A stretch of 64,000 nucleotides of DNA from Candidatus Pacearchaeota archaeon (GTDB lineage Archaea > Nanobdellota > Nanobdellia > Pacearchaeales > GW2011-AR1): NCBI GenBank assembly GCA_018304165.1, contig JAGVWS010000033.1, positions 60-64,059 of the forward strand. The letters run 5' to 3'. How positions within the stretch are numbered: the first letter of the stretch is position 1; every line of letters begins with the position of its first letter. Under the pieces are notes generated by a model. The model saw only the letters and a list, made by a program, of their open reading frames with translations. It was not told the DNA's origin and ran no database searches. Shown in pieces: positions 1 through 7,031 of the stretch. Made by a program: the position numbers and the translations under genes.

Positions 1-872
1 CAAAGAAAACTATCCTTGAGCTCCAGACAAGGCTCATTCGTATGATAACAACAGGCAACCGCAATTTTAATAACCTCGCCGGCAGTTCGACATGCGCCCA
101 GGCCATTAAGCTCCAGCACGCCATTGAACTTATTGAAACCCAGACTTTAGAAACCGCTTTCCAATATTTAAAAGAACTCTTTGATCAGTCTGCAAAGAAG
201 AAGAGCAAGGCTGTCCAGAATCTTGTCAAACAAAAGGAGTTTAATGAAGCTTACATCTCCCTCACCGAATTAATCTCCAGAAAGGTTGAGCATCCTAAGC
301 TTTCAAGAGTGAAGGACGTTGTTAAAGAGGAGATTAATGACGTAAAGAAAAGAGCTATCATTTTTACCCAATATCGTGCTACAGCCTCCAGAATTTGCAA
401 GGAATTAAATTCCCTGCAAAATATCAATGCCAGAGTCTTTGTAGGACAGCTGAAGAAAGGAGATACAGGCCTTTCACAAAGAGAACAGAAAGAGCTCCTC
501 GATGAATTTCGAGCGGGAAAAATAAATTTGTTGGTCGCGACCTCGATCGGTGAAGAGGGTTTGGACTTGCCGGAGGTTTCCCTCGTGGTTTTCTATGAGC
601 CAATTCCCAGCGCCATCAGAAAAATACAGCGCGGCGGCCGTACAGCCCGCCTCAAGCCCGGGAAGATTATTACTTTAGTAACTCAAAAAACCCGCGATGA
701 AACTTATTACTGGGCTGCATTTCACAAGGAAAAAAGAATGCACAGCGCCATTGACAGCATCAATAAGGATTTCAGGATAAAAGAGCAGGTTATAAATAAA
801 GAGCAGAAGACCTTGGAAGAATTTAATAATAGTGATAGTGTGAAAAATAGCGATGACAAAGAAGAAAAATAA
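1..872 (+). CDS. Hef/FANCM-type helicase, C-terminal part (reading frame open to the window edge; helicase C-terminal domain)
   Basis: Helicase C domain motifs (LLVATSIGEEGLDLPEVSLVVFYEPIPSAIRKIQRGGRTAR). No stop codon in frame back to position 3, so the gene continues upstream of the window. Confidence 0.6.
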   Translation, partial: KKTILELQTRLIRMITTGNRNFNNLAGSSTCAQAIKLQHAIELIETQTLETAFQYLKELFDQSAKKKSKAVQNLVKQKEFNEAYISLTELISRKVEHPKLSRVKDVVKEEINDVKKRAIIFTQYRATASRICKELNSLQNINARVFVGQLKKGDTGLSQREQKELLDEFRAGKINLLVATSIGEEGLDLPEVSLVVFYEPIPSAIRKIQRGGRTARLKPGKIITLVTQKTRDETYYWAAFHKEKRMHSAIDSINKDFRIKEQVINKEQKTLEEFNNSDSVKNSDDKEEK

Positions 873-994
873 TTAGCCGTAATCCTTCTAATAATCTAAG
901 TAGTCTGACTAATGGTTAGTCAAAGTTGAATGCATGAACAGTTAATTATCTTAATTTTCTTATCCGTTAATTATTTATATCTGCTTAATTTTTA

Positions 995-1729
995 TTGTTT
1001 ATTAAAAAAATGATCTTTGAAAACATATTCGGCAAGTTAAAGAGAAAAGCTAATATTAAAAGCAGAACATTAGAAATCGTTGCAGACTACCGCGAGAAGA
1101 ATTCTTTAGTCATTGCAGAGCTTGTAAGCAGCAATATTAGAGTTAAATTTGAAAACCTTCAGGTCGGCGACTTCTTAATAGGGGATGTAGCTATAGAAAG
1201 AAAAACTGTCCGCGATTTTCTGTCAAGCATGATTAATAAGCGTTTGATTATGCAATTAAAAAACCTCCGGAAATACAAGAGAAGGCTGCTCATTATTGAA
1301 GGAATAGATGATGAATACATCTATACAGAAAACGCCGAAGTAACTGGCATTAATGCTAATGCAGTCCGCGGCTTCTTATTGTCAATAATCTTTGAATATA
1401 ATGTTCCCATAGTTCTCTCAAAAGACTCTCAAGACACTGCTAAGTTTATCATCACCATCGCAAAGCGGAACAACAAGAACAAAACACCAATGAGCCTCCG
1501 GGCCTCAAGAAGCAGCCTTTCTGCATCAGAGCAGCTTGCTTATATTTTGGAAGGCTTTCCGGGAATCGGCCCGGTAACCTCAAGAAAACTTCTTAAAAAA
1601 TTCGGAACTTTAAGAGAAATTTTTGACACCAAAAGCAACGAAGAGCAGATAAAGAAAATTATTGGCAAGAAGTTTGATAAGTTTAAGGAATTAATCGAGA
1701 GCGATTATAGATTAGATAAGGCAAAATAA
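995..1729 (+). CDS. XPF/ERCC4-family nuclease with C-terminal HhH2 (Hef nuclease module as a separate ORF)
   Basis: ERCC4 nuclease signature (GDFLIGDVAIERKTVRDFLSS) and HhH2 motif (GFPGIGPVTSRKLLKKFGTL). Confidence 0.7.
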   Translation: MFIKKMIFENIFGKLKRKANIKSRTLEIVADYREKNSLVIAELVSSNIRVKFENLQVGDFLIGDVAIERKTVRDFLSSMINKRLIMQLKNLRKYKRRLLIIEGIDDEYIYTENAEVTGINANAVRGFLLSIIFEYNVPIVLSKDSQDTAKFIITIAKRNNKNKTPMSLRASRSSLSASEQLAYILEGFPGIGPVTSRKLLKKFGTLREIFDTKSNEEQIKKIIGKKFDKFKELIESDYRLDKAK

Positions 1730-1794
1730 ACCTACGGGCAATCCATCATTATCGTCAATACAACTCGCGCTACTTCAACTTATAGCAACAGACT

Positions 1795-1940
1795 TAAATA
1801 TTTGACCATTTTGTCTGTTGCTGCATCAAGATTTAAAAAATCTTGAGTGTGCTCAAGATGCAAGCTCCAGCATCTTGACATATTCGAGAGAACAAAAAAC
1901 ATGGTAAAACATTTTGGTCTCTCGTTATAGTTTAGCTTAA
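1795..1940. repeat. Structured hairpin-rich element; an inverted, rearranged copy lies at 25515-25641
   Basis: Four perfect or near-perfect stem-loops (gcaacagac/gtctgttgc, tcaagattt/aaatcttga, tcaagatgc/gcatcttga, cgagaga/tctctcg). About 40-nt and 45-nt segments are about 90-95% identical to the reverse complement of 25517-25606. Confidence 0.6.
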
Positions 1941-1969
1941 CACAGAGTTGCGGATTACAGTTATTTAGG

Positions 1970-2506
1970 TTAACTCAACTCAAACTCTTCTATAACTTCA
2001 TACTCCGGCCCTTTTTCCGTCAATACTGATTTGATTAAGCTGAACTTATTAACTTTAAACTCTTTTCCTAATTTTATTTTCTTTAGCTCTTCCATTAATT
2101 TTTTTGATGCTATGGGAGTTATGTGTTTTACTCTTGCTATTGTTATATGTGACATAAACCTCTCCTCTTTTTTGAACCCTTCTTTCTCCATCACTGCATC
2201 AATTTGCTTTTGCAGTTCTTCAGCTCCAGCCAGATGCAGCCACACTATTCTTGGCCTGCTCGGTGTGAACAGCCCCGCCCCTTCAAGAGAAGAATTAAAT
2301 GATTTAGATTTAATTTGTTTCAGCGCTTCTTTTATCTCTTCCAGCTTTCCCTCATCCACTTCACCCAAGAATTTCAATGTCAGGTGCAGATTTTCCAGTT
2401 CCGCATACTTTCCGTTAAATAAACCAGATTTTTCTAATTTTCTTTGTATTTCTTCTACTTGTTTTCTTATTTCTTCCGGCAGGAATATTCCTATAAATAA
2501 TCTCAT
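1970..2506 (-). CDS. RNA 2',3'-cyclic phosphodiesterase / 2'-5' RNA ligase family (2H phosphoesterase, ThpR/LigT-like)
   Basis: Two H-x-T-x motifs (HLTLKF, HITIAR) spaced as in the LigT/ThpR family. Confidence 0.8.
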   Translation of the reverse strand: MRLFIGIFLPEEIRKQVEEIQRKLEKSGLFNGKYAELENLHLTLKFLGEVDEGKLEEIKEALKQIKSKSFNSSLEGAGLFTPSRPRIVWLHLAGAEELQKQIDAVMEKEGFKKEERFMSHITIARVKHITPIASKKLMEELKKIKLGKEFKVNKFSLIKSVLTEKGPEYEVIEEFELS

Positions 2507-2548
2507 ATAATCTGTTTGTTTATCTTATTTTTAAAGATGAGTATTCCA

Positions 2549-2820
2549 GGGTATCTCCGATAATCATAAATCAACTATTAAATTTAAGGTCCGTAATTAA
2601 TGTAAATCTTATTCAGCCAGCTTGGTGCTTAACTTGTTGAACATCACGAGCCGCGTTGTGTACAATTAATTATAAACTAGTTATTTATAAAGACGATAAA
2701 TGCTGTTAATGATAGTTGTATTAAACATTAATGCTGTTAATGATAGTTGTATTAAACATTAATGCTGTTAATGATAGTTGTATTAAACATTAGTGTGGGT
2801 TTCTGCGGATCATTTAATTA
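2549..2820. repeat. Composite repeat element: TIR-like left end (GGGTATCTCCGAT), a conserved 85-bp module, 31-bp x3 tandem array, degenerate TTAGTG...GCGGA right module
   Basis: Left end matches the MITE TIR. The 2596-2680 module recurs at 37640-37727. The 31-bp unit aatgctgttaatgatagttgtattaaacatt occurs x3 (2699-2791) and has a related single copy at 55670-55700. Confidence 0.5.
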
Positions 2821-2876
2821 TTAATGGTGTTTTCAACAAAATTGATATGCTCAATTACACTTCGCTATTTCAATTT

Positions 2877-3551
2877 TCATCCCGCTTCTACTTCAATCTC
2901 CATCTTCCATGTCCTTCCATCACCGCTTATTTTTTTGTTAATCACTTTCAGTTCTTTCCTGAACATTGGCTGCCATAGTACGAATGTTTCTGCCTCTCCT
3001 CCTTCAAATCCTAAATGAAAATTGTGCTTCCTGCTCAATCTTTTTAGTTCTTCATAATTTTCTTTGTTTATTTCCATCCCTAGCCATTCTCTTCCTAATC
3101 CTTCTGCCGACACTCTGACAATCATTACTTTAAATCCCAAGTCCAGAATTTCTCTCCAGTATTCTTCAGGATTCTTATGCCATAATGGATTGATGCACCT
3201 TATTTCCAACTCGTCGCATATTCCTTGTATTCTTGATGCCTGATAGACGCTATCCAATGCACCAGTTACTATCCCTTCTATTTTGTATTTATCAATGGCT
3301 CTTTTAATCGCTTTTTTCAAATCAACCAACTCTTCTTCTTTTATTCCCTTAGTCTTTATTTTTATTATCGGTAAGCCCATTGCCTCCGCCTGCTTTTCAG
3401 TCTTGCTTACTGATGCTGTTTGAAACATATAGCTCTCCTTATTTTCAGATATCATCGTTATTAAGCAGATTATTTCATGTCCTGCCTGCTTCGCTAAATA
3501 CATCGAATAATTGCTGTCCTTTCCTCCGGAATATAAAATACCGAGATTCAT
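2877..3551 (-). CDS. PP-loop ATPase of the MJ0570/diphthine-ammonia ligase (Dph6-like) family
   Basis: N-terminal PP-loop LYSGGKDS and overall size/shape of the MJ0570 family. Confidence 0.55.
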   Translation of the reverse strand: MNLGILYSGGKDSNYSMYLAKQAGHEIICLITMISENKESYMFQTASVSKTEKQAEAMGLPIIKIKTKGIKEEELVDLKKAIKRAIDKYKIEGIVTGALDSVYQASRIQGICDELEIRCINPLWHKNPEEYWREILDLGFKVMIVRVSAEGLGREWLGMEINKENYEELKRLSRKHNFHLGFEGGEAETFVLWQPMFRKELKVINKKISGDGRTWKMEIEVEAG

Positions 3552-3553
3552 TT

Positions 3554-4081
3554 TTACTTACTCACCCACTCATTTCCTTTAATATAAAACCTGTAATGCC
3601 TCTCCAAATCCTTAGTTACTCCTATCCTCTTTGATGTTTCCACTTCAATTCTTTCATGCAGGGGTTTAGGAATTATTTTAATCTCACTAATATCCGATAA
3701 GTCTTTTCTGTGTAATTTCTTATTAATCTTTAGCACTTTAGTCAGCCTTCCAGGCCCTCTCGTATTTCCCTTGTAATTTATCGGCTCAACCGCTCTTATT
3801 AATACTGCCTGTGCTCTCCCTTTCCTTCCAGTAACAAAATTTAGCATCCACTGCTGATGAATGCCATAAATTAATATTGTTCCGGGCTTCATCTTCATAG
3901 TCTCTCTTAAATCTCCTCCCTTCACTGCCCTGCTTGCCGGGTCTTTCTCATCAAAATATGCTTCTGTCTCAACAATTCTTGATTTCATTATCTTTTTGCC
4001 AATTTTTCTAATTAAAACATCACCCAATAACGCTCTTGCTACAATATCAGCTTGCCGGCCAAAGTATTTCTCCATGTCCAT
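3554..4081 (-). CDS. 3-methyladenine DNA glycosylase (Mpg/AAG family)
   Basis: Mpg family motifs (GPGRLTKVLKI, VETEAYFDEKDPASRAVKGG). Confidence 0.7.
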   Translation of the reverse strand: MDMEKYFGRQADIVARALLGDVLIRKIGKKIMKSRIVETEAYFDEKDPASRAVKGGDLRETMKMKPGTILIYGIHQQWMLNFVTGRKGRAQAVLIRAVEPINYKGNTRGPGRLTKVLKINKKLHRKDLSDISEIKIIPKPLHERIEVETSKRIGVTKDLERHYRFYIKGNEWVSK

Positions 4082-4132
4082 AATAACCCCCAGTAAAGTA
4101 TTATTTAAATATCATTCATTGTTTCATTATTC

Positions 4133-5044
4133 ATGGCATCCACAAACGCCGGCCCAGAATACGGAAAGGCCCAGAGTAATTACTTAGCAGCCAAAGATAT
4201 TGACGAGAAAATATTCTGGCTTCAGGAAATGATTAAGTTCTGTCCGCGGCACAAATCAAGCGAGAAAATGCTTGCAGAGCTTAAAACTAGGCTGATCAAG
4301 CTTCGCGATAAAAAGGAAAAATCCAGAAGCGTCGGCAAATCCACTGCTAAAGTTATTAGGAAAGAAGGCCCTCAAGCCGTTCTCGTTGGTTTCACTAATT
4401 CAGGGAAGTCCTCAATTCTTAACGTTCTTACTAATGCCCAATCTCCTGTTGCTGATTATGGTTTTACAACTATAGAACCTGTTATTGGTACGATGGATTA
4501 TGACGGCGTTAAAATACAGATTATTGACCTCCCTGCCGTCAACCATGAATCTTTTGACAAGAGCATTGCTAACAGCGCAGATCTGATTCTGATAGTCATT
4601 AACTCTTATGATGATCTGTCAAAGATTTCTCCTTATCTTGAGAGAACTATCGGCAGGAGGCTCATTGTATGGAATAAGTCTGACTTAATGGATTATGATG
4701 CTGCAAGAAAAACAGAAGCCAAGCTCATGATGCTCAGGCAGGATTTTATCAGGTTTTCTTGTGTTAATGCCTTAAATCTTAATGAATTGAAAAAGAAGAT
4801 TTTTGAGAAGTTTGATATAATGAGAATTTACACCAAAGAGCCTCACAAAGAAAGAAGTGAAACTCCCATAATCATGAAGCCAAACTCTGCTGTGGAGGAT
4901 TTGGCAGAAAAAATCTATCATGGCATGTCAAAAAACATTAAGGAAACACGCATCTGGGGCCCCAGCAGCAAGTTTTCGGGCCAGGGCGTAGGTCTGAAAC
5001 ATCAGCTTAAAGATTTGGATGTTGTTGAGTTTAGGACGAAATAG
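4133..5044 (+). CDS. Obg/DRG-family GTPase with C-terminal TGS-like domain
   Basis: G1 GFTNSGKSS, G2/G3 YGFTTIEP...DLPA, NKSD G4; C-terminal TGS-like region. Confidence 0.65.
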   Translation: MASTNAGPEYGKAQSNYLAAKDIDEKIFWLQEMIKFCPRHKSSEKMLAELKTRLIKLRDKKEKSRSVGKSTAKVIRKEGPQAVLVGFTNSGKSSILNVLTNAQSPVADYGFTTIEPVIGTMDYDGVKIQIIDLPAVNHESFDKSIANSADLILIVINSYDDLSKISPYLERTIGRRLIVWNKSDLMDYDAARKTEAKLMMLRQDFIRFSCVNALNLNELKKKIFEKFDIMRIYTKEPHKERSETPIIMKPNSAVEDLAEKIYHGMSKNIKETRIWGPSSKFSGQGVGLKHQLKDLDVVEFRTK

Positions 5045-5046
5045 TT

Positions 5047-5298
5047 TTATTTCAGCCATCTTGTCAAGAATATTATTCCCACTACTCCCAATACTGTAAT
5101 TATTAACGCTGCCACAATATCAACTTCATAGCTTATCGTGCTGTTAACTATTTTTTCTGATAAAGCCTGGAAGAATCTCAGCAATGGCTGCTTCCATGCA
5201 TAAGCTATTAAAAACCCTATTGCTGCAGTTATCCCATACCTTAATTGCCTCTTAAATTCCTTCTTAAAAATCCCGCGCTTCCTCTTTCTCTTGGGCAT
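5047..5298 (-). CDS. Small basic membrane protein (two TM helices)
   Basis: Hydrophobic segments flanked by a lysine/arginine-rich N-terminus; no family recognised. Confidence 0.3.
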   Translation of the reverse strand: MPKRKRKRGIFKKEFKRQLRYGITAAIGFLIAYAWKQPLLRFFQALSEKIVNSTISYEVDIVAALIITVLGVVGIIFLTRWLK

Positions 5299-5373
5299 GA
5301 AAATGACAATATCTTCCTATTTATAAGTTTATAGAAGAGGATTTATCGTCAGAACGCATAGAAAGTATTATTT

Positions 5374-5670
5374 ATGGGTTGTTCTCTTACTACCATGCGC
5401 AAACTCACCAGTTTATACCTTATTCTGTCGCTTATAGGTATCTTAGCATTGCTTTTTATAAACAATTTTAACGCTCAGGAAATCAAAAGTATAATTATTA
5501 ATTATTCAATATCATCCATTTCAGTTATCAATTCTTCAAACAGCACTGTAATCATCTACTGCGATTCCTGCAACTTTGAGCCTTCTATAATTAATAATAA
5601 TGTCTCGGCGATTATAAGGGAATTTGACGGCTCTCTCTTTTTGGAGAAGCTGGAGGTGTTAGATGATTGA
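5374..5670 (+). CDS. Small secreted/membrane-anchored protein of unknown function
   Basis: N-terminal signal/TM segment (LTSLYLILSLIGILALLFI); Asn/Ser/Ile-rich. Confidence 0.25.
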   Translation: MGCSLTTMRKLTSLYLILSLIGILALLFINNFNAQEIKSIIINYSISSISVINSSNSTVIIYCDSCNFEPSIINNNVSAIIREFDGSLFLEKLEVLDD

Positions 5671-5766
5671 GCTATTACTGGCTTTAGTTATAGGCATTAT
5701 ACTGGAGATATCAGATGATTGGGCTATTACTGGCTTTAGTTATAGGCATTATACTGGAGGTATTGG

Positions 5767-6969
5767 ATGATTGAATTGTTTTTAGCTTTCTTTGTTGGCA
5801 TTATTATCGGAATTATTACGGGACTTATTCCGGGATTGCATATTAATCTTGTTGGAAGCATAATTCTTTCTTATCCCGTTCTTTCTTTTGCTGACGGATT
5901 GAGCATTGCGGTCTTTGTTTCCTCCCTTTCCATAACTCACACCTTTCTTGATTTGATTCCCGGAGTTTTTCTCGGCACTCCTAACGACGATAGTGGCTTA
6001 TCCGTTCTTCCGGGCCATCGCCTATTGCTCGTGGGAAGGGGCTTTGATGCTATTGTTCACGCCATGAGGGGCGGGCTTATAGGACTCATAGCATTAGTAC
6101 TACTGCTTCCGGTCATCATCTTAGTCATGCCAAAAATTTATAATTACCTGTTAAATGTCGTCTGGATAATCCTTATTCTCGCTTCTCTATATCTTATTCT
6201 TTCCCAAAGCTCTAAAGTCCTTGCCCTCTTCATATTCCTGCTCTCAGGTTTCCTTGGAGCAGGCACACTCGGTTTGTCTGTTAATCAATCTCTTCTCCCG
6301 CTTCTTTCAGGATTATTCGGGGCTTCCACTATTATCGGCAGCTTGTTGGACAGGAGCGCTATTCCAAAGCAGATTGCCAGCCATATCAATGCGTGGAAAC
6401 TGGGTTTTAAAGAATCTCTTTCCACTTTTAAAACAATTATTATTTCCTCTCCAATTCCTGCCTTCATGCCCGGAATGGGCTCCAGCCAGGCAGTGATTAT
6501 CGGCTCTTCAATGATTGACGATCATAAAAATCCTAAGGGCTTCCTCTCTTTGATTGGAGGAACTAATGTTCTTGTCATGGGCCTTTCTTTCCTTGCCGTC
6601 TTCCTCATTGGCAAGGCCAGGACTGGTTCAGCAGCGGTTATTCTTGAGGTTTTAAAAAACATCACAGCTTATCAATTAACAATTGTGCTCATCAGTGTAA
6701 TAATTGCAGGCATTATCTCCTTCGCTATAGGGATTTTCATTGCCAAGAGGCTCTCCAAGATTATCGGCAGCATTAATTACTCTTACTTATCAATTGCTAT
6801 ACTGCTAATAATTACTGCATTTGTAATTATTTTTTCAGGATTTGTGGGATTATTAGTTTTCATAACTTCCGCCTGTCTTGGTTTATTATGCATGTCTCTA
6901 GATATCAGAAGAACAACCCTCATGGGCGCTTTAATACTTCCGACGATTTGGCTGTACTGGCCGTTTTAA
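5767..6969 (+). CDS. Polytopic membrane protein, TctA/DUF112-like transporter family
   Basis: Multiple TM helices with LIPGL/LIPGVFLG motifs reminiscent of TctA-family permeases. The start region is tandemly triplicated upstream. Confidence 0.4.
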   Translation: MIELFLAFFVGIIIGIITGLIPGLHINLVGSIILSYPVLSFADGLSIAVFVSSLSITHTFLDLIPGVFLGTPNDDSGLSVLPGHRLLLVGRGFDAIVHAMRGGLIGLIALVLLLPVIILVMPKIYNYLLNVVWIILILASLYLILSQSSKVLALFIFLLSGFLGAGTLGLSVNQSLLPLLSGLFGASTIIGSLLDRSAIPKQIASHINAWKLGFKESLSTFKTIIISSPIPAFMPGMGSSQAVIIGSSMIDDHKNPKGFLSLIGGTNVLVMGLSFLAVFLIGKARTGSAAVILEVLKNITAYQLTIVLISVIIAGIISFAIGIFIAKRLSKIIGSINYSYLSIAILLIITAFVIIFSGFVGLLVFITSACLGLLCMSLDIRRTTLMGALILPTIWLYWPF

Positions 6970-7031
6970 ATGTCTCTTAAAACACCCGTAGATGCAACAA
7001 TGCACTACCGAAGAAGTGGTTCTTCATGAAA

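Noticed and set aside
2031-2510. ORF antisense to the ThpR-like gene; also 20101-20433 (antisense to a small membrane gene), 11331-11624, 53513-53740 and 63447-63740.
   Set aside because: They overlap better-supported genes or lie wholly within repeat elements; composition is low-complexity. 53513-53740 sits inside the MITE at 53423-53639.
2699-2791. Possible CRISPR arrays at the short tandem repeat arrays (2699-2791, 20045-20142, 27864-27968, 43585-43752, 56533-56645).
   Set aside because: Repeat units are directly adjacent with no unique spacers; unit lengths are 14-56 bp in head-to-tail copies. No cas genes are present in the window. These are simple tandem repeats, some inside MITE-like elements.
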